In this document: one piece after another, positions 10,579 through 19,295 of the stretch
Numbering within the stretch: the stretch's first letter is position 1
Layout: each line of letters opens with the position of its first letter
NCBI GenBank assembly: GCA_030059675.1
Contig: JANVYQ010000001.1
Location: 288,001-352,000 of the forward strand
Direction of reading: 5' to 3'
Length of the DNA: 64,000 bases
From: Candidatus Pelearchaeum maunauluense
Lineage (GTDB): Archaea > Thermoproteota > Nitrososphaeria_A > Caldarchaeales > Caldarchaeaceae
Made by a program: the position numbers and the translations under genes
The notes under the pieces: generated by a model
The model's input: the letters and a program-made list of their open reading frames with translations, nothing else
Databases searched by the model: none
What the model was told of the DNA's origin: nothing

Positions 10579-11260
10579 GAGCTCGCCGCGTGGCTTCTAG
10601 AGAGCTTATGAGCAGGCCGTGAAGAGAGCCAGCGACGTTCCCAGCGTCAACGCCCAGCTTTGACAGGATTTTCCTGAACTCCTCGTTGGTTACTATCCCG
10701 TCCCGCATTGCGTCTGCAAGGCCTTCAACCGTGTTGAGCAGTAGCTTACTGGACTCGCCCGCGCCCAGTAGCTGGAGCTGTAGAGCCTGCTGAACCATGC
10801 TGTATGTTTGGGTTATGTAGTTGAGCAGCGACGCAGGCGCTGCTAGTCTCTCCCTGCTACGCCTAGCCTCCTCCGTGAGCTCCACATCGTAGCCCAGCGC
10901 CTTACTAACCGCGACGACCACGTCGTAGAAGTCTGATGCAACCACTACCGCGCTGCCTAATGCTGCGAAGCCCTTGGATGCTCTCTCAACGGCCTGCACC
11001 AGCTCCTCAAGCTGCCTACGCGCTTCTTCAGCGCCTGCGCTTAGCGTGTTGAGCTGCTCAGCCCCAAGCTCGGCGAGTTGCCTAAGACCTTCTGGAACGG
11101 CCTCGCCAGCCTGCTCAGCTTCAGCCATCGACTCGCGTATATCATCCATGAGTATGCCAAGAGGCTCAGCCATCTTCAGGACTTCCTGCCGCGTGAGCCT
11201 CCTCATCTCAACCCGCGCGCGTATCCACCTACCAGCCTCCTCCTCGGTAATCCTACCCAA
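10556..11260 (-). pseudogene. Ala/Glu/Leu-rich helical fragment, possibly part of a tail tape-measure protein
   Basis: Long amphipathic/coiled-coil composition; abuts the terminase fragment; no clear start. Confidence 0.4.
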
Positions 11261-11706
11261 GACATTCAGCTCCCCCTCAATCTTGCCCAGGAGCTGGTCA
11301 ACTTCATAGACAGGCTGGTGGCGGAGGAGGAGTTTAGGAACATAGACGACGTATGCCGTTACTATGGGCTCTCAAAGGAGTGGTACTACTCCCTCCGCAG
11401 GGCGGTCAAGATACGCAGGCGGCTAGACCACGATACAAGCGGTCTGCCAGTATCCACGCTCTCCCTGATAGAACGCTCAAACTACCAGCAGACAGGAAGC
11501 AGGGGCTCACACAAGCCCTCGCCGAAGAGCAGCTACCACGCGAAGCCGTGAAGCAAATCGTAGAGAGGATGGAGGAAAAACCAACAATAACAGCGGCGGA
11601 AGCAGTAGAAGAGCAGAAATCACACGAACCACAGAAAATAGAAGAAGGCTTCATAGAGGTGGAGGGAAGACTAACCTACAAATCAAGAGAACAGGAAGAA
11701 CAATAA
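11250..11706 (+). pseudogene. Frameshifted helical/HTH-like fragment of the provirus remnant
   Basis: ORFs 11078-11551 and 11353-11706 join near 11480 into ...VCRYYGLSKEWYYSLRRA...LSLIER/KLPADRKQGLTQAL... Confidence 0.4.
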
Positions 11707-11841
11707 CAATAACAGCACAAGACCCCAAACAACAAACAACAACTAACAATACCAGCAGAAGACCTCCCAATAATCAGAAGGCTTATCCAAGAAATAATAT
11801 AGAAAAGTTATATTAGGGTAGGTCATCTCTGAACCTGGGAT

Positions 11842-12133
11842 TTGGGCCTCAATTAAAATAAACGAGGACACGAAGAGAGCATTAGAGAAGCTAAGAGCTA
11901 AGGTCATCCTCTCAACAGGCATGAAGATAACGCAACAGGAATTGCTTGATGCTATGGTAAGTTTTTCTGAAGAAAGGGAAGAAGAGCTTATACGCTATCT
12001 CTCAGGGGTAAGACTACCTCTTCCGCCTGACGAGCTTAAGAAGCTACTAAGCATACCAGTTGATTGAGGTGTAGAGACAAGCGAAGAGGACATAGACAAA
12101 ATTTTATATGGAAAGGCTGAGAAAAAGCAATGA
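11842..12133 (+). pseudogene. VapB-type antitoxin with premature TGA
   Basis: Manual translation ASIKINEDTKRALEKLRAKV...ITQQELLDAMV...PVD*GVETSEEDIDKILYG; stop abuts the PIN gene. Confidence 0.65.
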
Positions 12134-12543
12134 GTGTTTCTAGATTCAAATGTGTTTATAGCATTTTACAATAAACGGGACTCTAATCATACACGCGCTG
12201 TTGAGTTAATAAATATGATAGCCAACGCTGATTTAGGCACTCCATATACCTCTGATTACATATTTGATGAAGCAGTGACTACCGCGTTAGCAAGAACTGG
12301 TAGGATGACTATAGCCCTTAACTTGGGCAGAATGATATTAGGAGAGATTACAAAGCCATTTGTGACTATGCTTAAGGTTGATGAAGATGCGTTTAGAATG
12401 GCCTGGCTATTTTTCAAAAATACCATAGAAAAACATTGAGCTTCACAGATTGCACATCTATAGCGCTCATGAAGCTAAGAAAAATAGAATATATTGTGAG
12501 CTTTGATTTAGATTTTGATGGAATAGTAAAAAGGGTCTACTAA
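12134..12543 (+). pseudogene. VapC PIN-domain toxin, frameshifted
   Basis: FLDSNVF, TSDYIFDEAVT; after an A-run at about 12416-12420 the other frame gives LSFTDCTSIALM...SFDLDFDG*. Confidence 0.8.
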
Positions 12544-12577
12544 ACCTTTATTCAGTATTATTGTGTTTGTTTTTGTG

Positions 12578-12970
12578 ATGTTGCGGGTTGGTGATAGGGC
12601 TAGTTATACGAAGACGATAACCGCTGAGGATATCCGAGCCTACGCTGAGCTGACTGGCGATAAGAACCCCCTGCACCTTGACGAGGAATACGCCAAGAAT
12701 ACGCGCTTTGGCAGGGTTATCGCGCATGGTATGCTCACCGCTAGCCTAATCTCAGCCGTTATCGGAACGAGGCTTCCAGGGCCTGGGGCGATTTACTTGG
12801 AGCAGAGGCTGCGTTTTACGAGGCCTGTCTATCCTGGTGATACTATTACCGCTGAGGTGGAGGTTGTGGAGTTTCGCGAGGAGAAGGGGGTTGTGAGGCT
12901 TAGGACTGACTGCCTAAACCAGCGTGGTGAGCGGGTGATAGAGGGTGAGGCTGTTCTCCTGCTTAGATAG
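12578..12970 (+). CDS. MaoC/PhaJ-like (R)-specific enoyl-CoA hydratase
   Basis: Hydratase-2 motif YAELTGDKNPLHLD, IAHGML, RFTRPVYPGD. Confidence 0.88.
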   Translation: MLRVGDRASYTKTITAEDIRAYAELTGDKNPLHLDEEYAKNTRFGRVIAHGMLTASLISAVIGTRLPGPGAIYLEQRLRFTRPVYPGDTITAEVEVVEFREEKGVVRLRTDCLNQRGERVIEGEAVLLLR

Positions 12971-12988
12971 AATAACATTATTATATAG

Positions 12989-14443
12989 ATGGCTGAAGCT
13001 AACGCGGCGTGGATGAGCCAGGCCTGGCCTCCTGTTTATGACGACAGCTACCTACCGCCGATGGATGAGCGGTACTGGTTTAGGGGTGTGGAGACGCTCA
13101 AGCCGCGTGAGCGTGAAAGGCTAATCCTTGAGAAGCTACGCGCACAGGTTCGCTACTGCTGGGAGAACTCCCCCTTCTATCGTAGGAAGTGGAGGGAGGC
13201 GGGTGTCTCCCCAGACACGCTAAAGAGCCTTGAAGACCTGCGTAAATTCCCCTTCACCACGAAGGAAGAGTATAGGCGCGACCAGTCTGAGAACCCGCCC
13301 TTCGGCTCAAACCTCTGCATACCGCGCGAGAGGATATTCACCGTTCATGGGACAAGCGGGACGACTGGCAAGCCTGGTGTGTTCGCGTTAAGCTATGATG
13401 ATGTTAGGAGGGTTGCGAATGCTCACGCGCGTATTATGTGGGGTTTTGGGCTTAGGCCGCGTGATACTGTGATGATAGCCGCGTTCTTCAGCCTGTATAT
13501 AGGGAGCTGGGGCGTGCTGTGGGGGGTTAATAGGCTAGGCGCCAAGGCATTCCCATTCGGCGCTGGCGCTCCAGGCCAGACGAGGATGGGCGTGAGGTGG
13601 GCAAGAGAGCTGAAGCCAACAGCACTATACGGAACATTCTCATACATCCTCCACTTCGCGGAGGTCGCGTATGAGGAGGGGATAGACCCGCAGAGAGACT
13701 TCAACTTCAGAATAATCTTCACCTCTGGAGAGCCAGGGGCGGCTCTGCCGACGATGAAGGAGAAGATAGCCAAGATATTCGGGGCCAAGCTGGTTGATAC
13801 AGGCTCAACAGCTGAGATGACGCCATGGATGACCAACGCGGAATGCGAGGAGACATGCGGGATGCACCTATGGCAGGACATAGTATACACGGAGGTGATA
13901 GACCCCAAGACGGGTGAGGTGGTTGACTACGGCGAGGAGGGCGTCCTAGTATATACGCATCTTGAGCGCGACACGCAGCCCATGATACGCTTCTGGTCAA
14001 ACGACATTACGCGATGGATAGACGAGCCCTGCGAGTGTGGAAGGACTTATCCACGTCTCCCGAAGGGGATTTACGGCAGGCTGGATGACATGCTCATTAT
14101 ACGTGGTGAGAATGTCTTTCCAAGCGCTGTTCAGGAGGCGCTTGAGTCTGTTGAGGGCTATGGGGGTGAGCATCAGATAATCATCACGCGGGAGAGGAGT
14201 ATGGATGTCTTGATTGTGCACGCCGAGTATAGCGAGGCGTACGCGAGGCGGGCTGAGCTTGAGCCTGCCCTGCTGGAGAAGCTCCGCGAGAAGATGAAGC
14301 AGAGCATAAGAGCCAAGTGCGGCGTCTCCGCGGTTGTTGAGCTCGTGCCGCCGAAGACGTTTGACAGGACGCAGCTAAAGGCTAGACGCGTAATAGACCA
14401 GCGCGAGCTCTATGAGGAGCTTAAGAGTCTACGAAAGGCCTAG
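12989..14443 (+). CDS. PaaK-family acyl-CoA ligase resembling 2-hydroxyisobutyrate-CoA ligase (HCL)
   Basis: HGTSGTTGKP, SGEPG, GRLDDM; HCL-like segments YLPP..RYWF, ANAHARIMWG, FSLY.GSWG, AKAFPFGAGAPG, YTHLER..QPMIR (reference recalled, not aligned). Confidence 0.8.
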   Translation: MAEANAAWMSQAWPPVYDDSYLPPMDERYWFRGVETLKPRERERLILEKLRAQVRYCWENSPFYRRKWREAGVSPDTLKSLEDLRKFPFTTKEEYRRDQSENPPFGSNLCIPRERIFTVHGTSGTTGKPGVFALSYDDVRRVANAHARIMWGFGLRPRDTVMIAAFFSLYIGSWGVLWGVNRLGAKAFPFGAGAPGQTRMGVRWARELKPTALYGTFSYILHFAEVAYEEGIDPQRDFNFRIIFTSGEPGAALPTMKEKIAKIFGAKLVDTGSTAEMTPWMTNAECEETCGMHLWQDIVYTEVIDPKTGEVVDYGEEGVLVYTHLERDTQPMIRFWSNDITRWIDEPCECGRTYPRLPKGIYGRLDDMLIIRGENVFPSAVQEALESVEGYGGEHQIIITRERSMDVLIVHAEYSEAYARRAELEPALLEKLREKMKQSIRAKCGVSAVVELVPPKTFDRTQLKARRVIDQRELYEELKSLRKA

Positions 14444-14456
14444 CAACCTGCTCACG

Positions 14457-14849
14457 TCATGCTAGAGACCGTATCGTGCTCAGTATCCTTGAGAGCTGGG
14501 AGCCTGGTGGGAAGACCTCCTTAACCCCCAGCTGCTTGAGCCACTCAGCCTCGTTAGGCGGTATTATGCCGCCGACGATTACGGGTATGTCCGCGCCCTC
14601 CCTCTTCAAAAGCTCCAAAACCTCAGGAACCCTTACGTGGTGCATGCCCTGCATAGAGCTTATCCCAATTACATCCACATCCTCGTCAATAGCTACGCGG
14701 ACTATCGTCTCTGGGAGGGCGTATCCGAGGAAGATTATCTCAACACCGTTGTCGCGTAGGTAGCGGGCAACCATCCTAATTCCTACGTCGTGTATATCCA
14801 CACCCAGCTTTGCGAGCAGTACGCGCGGCCTTCGCCACGTCATGCTCAT
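14457..14849 (-). CDS. B12-binding small subunit of an acyl-CoA mutase
   Basis: DxHxxG motif (GVDIHDVG), IGISS, VIVGGIIP, VFPPG. Confidence 0.92.
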   Translation of the reverse strand: MSMTWRRPRVLLAKLGVDIHDVGIRMVARYLRDNGVEIIFLGYALPETIVRVAIDEDVDVIGISSMQGMHHVRVPEVLELLKREGADIPVIVGGIIPPNEAEWLKQLGVKEVFPPGSQLSRILSTIRSLA

Positions 14850-16549
14850 CCCCAGGCCAAGGCCTGCTGAGTCCCATAAACCTCGCGGAATACCTCGTAT
14901 ATCTCGCCCACCGTAGCGTATGCTGATGCAGCCTCTATCGCGTACGGCGTTAGGTTCTTGTTCTGCCTAGCAGCCTCGCGAAGCTCCTCAAGACGCGCCC
15001 TAACAGCCTCATCATTCCTCATGCGCTTCACGTATCTAACACGCTCCACCTGTTTCTCCTCAAGCTCCAACGTAACGCGGAGAAGCTCTATGTCAGGCTT
15101 CTCAGAGCCGCGCGCCTGGTAGATATTCACACCCACGACGGGAATCTCTCCACTCTCTATCTTAAGCAGCGTCTCATACCTAGAGTCGCTTATCTCCTTA
15201 CGCGGAAGCTGTCTCCTCGTAGCCTCAAGCATCCCGCCTATGGCTTCTATCTCATCCAGCTTCCTCCAGATTGCCTCCTCCACACGCTTGGTGAGGTACT
15301 CAACATAATACGAGCCAGCGAGGGGGTCTACGACGTTGGCCACACCCGTCTCGTAGAAGAGGATTTGCTGAGTTCTTAAAGCTATGCGCGCGGCCTTCTC
15401 AGTGGGCAGGCCTAGAGCCTCGTCCATCGCGTCGGTGTGGAGAGACTGAACACCGCCTAGAACCGCGGCGAGAGCGTGGTACGCTGTCCTTACAATATTG
15501 TTCTCAGGCTCCTGAGCCGTGAGCGCAACGCCCGAAGTCTGGGCGTGGAACTTAAACAGCCACGAACGCGGGTCTCGCGCCTTATACCGCTCGCGCATAA
15601 GCTTAGCCCAGACCTTCCGCATAGCCCTGAACTTGGCCACCTCCTCAAAGAAGTCGTTATGGACGCATAGGAAGAATGAGATGTGCCTAGCCGCTTGGTC
15701 TGCTGTTAGGCCGCGCCTCATGGCCTCTTCAACATAGACCATCGCATCGGCAATCGTGAATGCGGCCTCCTGTACCGCCGTAGCCCCAGCCTCGCGGAGC
15801 TGGTAGCCGCATACACTTATCGCATACCAGCGCGGCATGTTATACGCACACCACTCCAGAAGGTCAACCGAGAGCTTCAGAGCAGGCTCAAGGGGGAGAG
15901 GCGGGTTCCCAACATGGAAGAGCATCAGCGTATCGTTCTGAGTAGTCCCGCCTATCTTGCTCACATCAAGGCCACGCTTCCTAGCCATAGCGACAAACAT
16001 GGCGAAAATCGGCATACCAACGAAGTAGGTTATGAGGGAGGTGGTTATCCTATCAATCGGAATATCCTCAAAAGCAGTCTCCATATCATAGAGCGAGCTT
16101 ATCGGACTACCGCCCTGCCCAACCTCACCCCTAACACGCGGGTCGTCGGAATCATACCCGTAGATTGAAGGCGAGTCAAGAACAAGATTAAGCCCAGTCT
16201 CGCCATGCTCAAGCATAAACTTAAACCGCCTATTCGTCTCCTCAGGCGTCCCATAACCAGTAACCATCCTTATCGTCCACATCCTGCCACGATACATGTT
16301 TGGGTAGATTCCGCGCGTGTATGGATACTCTCCTGGAAAGCCTATGTCCCTGAAGTAATCTATGTCTTTCATATCTTCTGGCGTGAAGACGCGCTTTATC
16401 GGTATGCCCGACGCTGTGGTGCTCACATCGCGCTCTGGCACGCCTGTCTTCTCAATCCACTGCCGCAGCGTTATATTCTCCCAACGCTCGCGCTCGCTTT
16501 TCAGCCTCTCCAGAAAATCGCGGGAATAACCATGCTCTACTGGGGCCAA
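14846..16549 (-). CDS. Adenosylcobalamin-dependent acyl-CoA mutase large subunit with atypical specificity residues
   Basis: GEYPYTRGIYPNMYRGRMWTIR, TQND, FFEEVAKFRAMR, HAQTSG, GGVQSLHT, DPLAGSYYVE. Confidence 0.92.
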   Translation of the reverse strand: MAPVEHGYSRDFLERLKSERERWENITLRQWIEKTGVPERDVSTTASGIPIKRVFTPEDMKDIDYFRDIGFPGEYPYTRGIYPNMYRGRMWTIRMVTGYGTPEETNRRFKFMLEHGETGLNLVLDSPSIYGYDSDDPRVRGEVGQGGSPISSLYDMETAFEDIPIDRITTSLITYFVGMPIFAMFVAMARKRGLDVSKIGGTTQNDTLMLFHVGNPPLPLEPALKLSVDLLEWCAYNMPRWYAISVCGYQLREAGATAVQEAAFTIADAMVYVEEAMRRGLTADQAARHISFFLCVHNDFFEEVAKFRAMRKVWAKLMRERYKARDPRSWLFKFHAQTSGVALTAQEPENNIVRTAYHALAAVLGGVQSLHTDAMDEALGLPTEKAARIALRTQQILFYETGVANVVDPLAGSYYVEYLTKRVEEAIWRKLDEIEAIGGMLEATRRQLPRKEISDSRYETLLKIESGEIPVVGVNIYQARGSEKPDIELLRVTLELEEKQVERVRYVKRMRNDEAVRARLEELREAARQNKNLTPYAIEAASAYATVGEIYEVFREVYGTQQALAWG

Positions 16550-16643
16550 ATGTTATACCACCAAAGCCCTAGCGCCACTCCGGTCTAATATAAACATTAT
16601 AACCACGCTTAAAACAGATAACAAACATGGATAAACCTCCGCT

Positions 16644-17726
16644 GTGCGGCTGGGAATCGCTGCGCTGATAGGAGCCATCACGCTAACAAGCGTGGCTACA
16701 GCGGAAAAGGATGCCGCCTACACCAAACCTGGAACCGCTGGTGCAGCCTACCCCCAGTGGACGCAAGATGGCGGGAGGATCATCTACTACCAGCGCGGCG
16801 ACATCTGGATTATCAACCTAAGAACCCTTGAGAGGAGTATGCTGGTAGTGGAGCCATACTGGGATACGCTGCCTGCCCTCTCACCTTCGGGGAGCGTCCT
16901 GGCCTTTACCTCAGAGAGAATCTACGGCGGGAGGACGACGGTCTGCCTAAAGAGGCTCAGCGAAGAAAGACTAAGATGCATAGCACCCCTAGCCGAGCTC
17001 ACCTACACATGCGGCCCACAGACATGGACAGCCAGCGGCGAGAAGCCCCTGATATGCAGCACGCGGCCAATGATAGCCGAGCAGGGAATAACATGGCTCT
17101 CAGAACTCTGGATACTGACACTCAAGACCAACAGCCATGAGCGGATAGCATCATACGTGGGCATCATATCAGCGGCGTGGTCCCAGAAGAATGGCCTCAT
17201 ACTAGTAAGCAACCGCACAAGGAAGGATGCGAATATCTGGCTCCTAAACCCAGAGACGCGCGAGAGCACCCTACTCATACGCGGCGGAAGCTACCCAGCA
17301 TGGTCTCCCAACGGGAAGCTGGTAGCATACAGCGTGGACGGCGACGTATGGGTCATGGAGCTCCACAGCCAGCGTAGATGGAGGATAACCAGCGGAGAAC
17401 ATCTTGAAACAACACCAGCATGGTCACCAGACGGGAGGCGCATAGCATACGCCAAACTAGCCCAGCCAATAGATGAAGCCACGGAGCAGGAGGGAATAAT
17501 CATAGCTGAAGCACCAGAGAAAGAGGAGAGAAAACCGCCGACGACGTTGGTTATGACCGCAGCAGCCCTAGCGGCGCTCCTAACAATCATGGCAACACGG
17601 GGCAGAAGGGCTCACGTGGAGAAGAGCCACATAGCGACGAGAGCCAGCAGAATACCCAAACCCTGCCTCAGCGTGATAGGCTCCCGAAGAACCAGAAACG
17701 CCAGCAGAATCGTAACAACTGGATAG
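16644..17726 (+). CDS. Secreted TolB-like (PD40) beta-propeller with C-terminal membrane anchor
   Basis: Signal peptide; repeated P.WSPDG/PALSPSG/PAWSPNG blades; hydrophobic tail; its 3' end overlaps the EamA gene. Confidence 0.75.
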   Translation: MRLGIAALIGAITLTSVATAEKDAAYTKPGTAGAAYPQWTQDGGRIIYYQRGDIWIINLRTLERSMLVVEPYWDTLPALSPSGSVLAFTSERIYGGRTTVCLKRLSEERLRCIAPLAELTYTCGPQTWTASGEKPLICSTRPMIAEQGITWLSELWILTLKTNSHERIASYVGIISAAWSQKNGLILVSNRTRKDANIWLLNPETRESTLLIRGGSYPAWSPNGKLVAYSVDGDVWVMELHSQRRWRITSGEHLETTPAWSPDGRRIAYAKLAQPIDEATEQEGIIIAEAPEKEERKPPTTLVMTAAALAALLTIMATRGRRAHVEKSHIATRASRIPKPCLSVIGSRRTRNASRIVTTG

Positions 17727-18043
17727 AGGGCTGTCATCGTAACCACGACAGAGGCCTTCCCCTTACTTATCGCGAAGAGGAAGAAGAGCGAGCCGAGGGT
17801 GAGGAAGACGCCAGTCAAAACACCATAGAGCACGCCGTTCACCTGCGTCTCAGGCCTAAACCCAACAAGATACAACGCCAAAAACCCAATAGCAACAGAC
17901 CCCACAACCTCATACACCAACACACTCTCAGGCCTAATGTAGTTCGTCGCCAGCTTCGGAAAGAACCCCCACAAACCACACAGCAACAACGCCAAAATAG
18001 CAAACACAAACCAACCATTTATAAAACCAACAAAAACAAACAA
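17612..18043 (-). CDS. EamA/DMT single-domain membrane transporter
   Basis: GKASVVVTMTALYPVVTILLAFLVLREPIT motif; start uncertain. Confidence 0.8.
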   Translation of the reverse strand: MFVFVGFINGWFVFAILALLLCGLWGFFPKLATNYIRPESVLVYEVVGSVAIGFLALYLVGFRPETQVNGVLYGVLTGVFLTLGSLFFLFAISKGKASVVVTMTALYPVVTILLAFLVLREPITLRQGLGILLALVAMWLFST

Positions 18044-18290
18044 CCAATAAATAAACCATAAACCTACGATGTCAGTAGTGTGTTAATCAATTACTCTCAT
18101 TACTCAAAAATAATCTCACAATAAAAATACCCAATAATGCACACAATCCAAACAACCAAATAACAACAAAACATAGATAGAAGCTACGTGTCTTCTCTGA
18201 CTTACTCATCAGAAAAGAGATAGAACTCCTCCATCAATCCCTAAAGGGGCAGTTAAGTTAAAATCTTGTTAATAAGGGCTAGATCATGGA

Positions 18291-18365
18291 GCGGCCGTGG
18301 TCTAGCCTGGACTAGGACGTGGGCTTTCCGAGCCCAATACCCGGGTTCAAATCCCGGCGGCCGCA
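18291..18365 (+). tRNA. tRNA-Gly (TCC)
   Basis: Acceptor stem GCGGCCG/CGGCCGC plus A, anticodon arm TGGGC-TTTCCGA-GCCCA, T-loop GGTTCAAATCC. Confidence 0.92.
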
Positions 18366-18401
18366 TGAACATTAATACGCAGCGTTATAGTGGCGTTATG
18401 T

Positions 18402-18584
18402 ATGCCGTTGGTGCATATCTACATGGCTGAGGGGAGGTCTGAGGAGCAGAAGCGTGAGATGGTGAGGAGGGTGGCTCAGGTTATTCGGGAGACGATAAAC
18501 CCGCGGTCTTCTATTGAGATAGTGGTTCATGAGATTCCTAGGCAGAATATAGCGATAGATGGTAAGACGCTTGCGGAGATGTGA
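18402..18584 (+). CDS. 4-oxalocrotonate tautomerase family protein
   Basis: MPLVHIYMAEGRSEEQK with catalytic Pro1; about 60 aa. Confidence 0.88.
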   Translation: MPLVHIYMAEGRSEEQKREMVRRVAQVIRETINPRSSIEIVVHEIPRQNIAIDGKTLAEM

Positions 18585-18621
18585 GTTTGATAACTTTTTA
18601 TAAAAACTTGGTGGAGTGTTG

Positions 18622-18680
18622 GGCGGCGATGAAGAGTCCTAGCTGGCTTAGAGGGTGATGTGGGTAAAAAGCTCTGAGCT
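18622..18680 (+). ncRNA. Candidate box C/D guide sRNA
   Basis: C box ATGAAGA 18629-35, D' CTTA 18647-50, C' GTGATGT 18655-61, D CTGA 18674-77; 11-12 nt spacers; TTTTATAAAA about 25 nt upstream. Confidence 0.55.
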
Positions 18681-18686
18681 ATGCGC

Positions 18687-19155
18687 TTAACTCTCTCCTC
18701 TTTTTACCTGTATTATCATCTCTATCTCCACTGGTATGTCCAGCGGTTGCTTGTTTACTCCTACTGCTGTTCTTGTGTGTTTTCCTTTCTCGCCTAGGAT
18801 TTTTATTAGTAGTTCTGATGCGCCGTTTATTTCCCCATGGCTGGCGGTTGAATGTCTCGTCGCTGGCTACGTAGCCTGTGAGTTTGACTATTCGTTCTAT
18901 CTTGTCTAGGTCTCCCAACGCTGCTTTGGCTGTTGCTAGGCAGTTGAGCGCCACCTCCTCGGCTATCTTGTATGCCTGCTCCTCCGTTATCTCCCTGCCC
19001 ACCTTCCCTGTTGCTGTCGGCTTCCCATCCTTCACTGGGCCGTGGCCTGAGAGAAAGAGCAGGTCTCCAACCTGTATGTATGGTATGTACGCCGCGGGCT
19101 TAGCTGGCTCTGGAAGCTCATAACCTAGCTCGCGTAACTTACGCTCAACCTCCAT
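18687..19155 (-). pseudogene. RidA/YjgF family protein, frameshifted near 18832
   Basis: LFLSGHGP...GKVG...IVKLTGYVAS; the other frame continues INGASELLIKILGEKGKHTRTAVGV..PLDIPVEIE. Confidence 0.8.
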
Positions 19156-19295
19156 ATGTTGTGAGCTGCGTGCATGATAGTTAAGTATATAGCCCTTTGA
19201 GCCGAGTCAACATAATAGCAGCCCACTAGAAATTATTGAGATTTTTTGATGAGGTTAGGGAATTTATTTATATCATTTCTGGGTTTTGCTAATAC

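Larger units (their letters stand above)
9529..11800. mobile_element. Degraded head-tail provirus remnant
   Basis: Terminase fragment, tape-measure-like fragment and orphan fragments; no integrase or att site seen. Confidence 0.6.

Noticed and set aside
12065-12067. In-frame TGA as selenocysteine
   Set aside because: The position fits Trp in an antitoxin with no redox motif, and the partner toxin is also disrupted
14846-16549. Annotation as ordinary methylmalonyl-CoA mutase
   Set aside because: The Tyr89/Arg207-equivalent residues are absent and no epimerase gene is adjacent
17612-17726. Functional antisense overlap between the TolB-like and EamA genes
   Set aside because: The overlap lies after the TM anchor and is best explained by a lost stop codon
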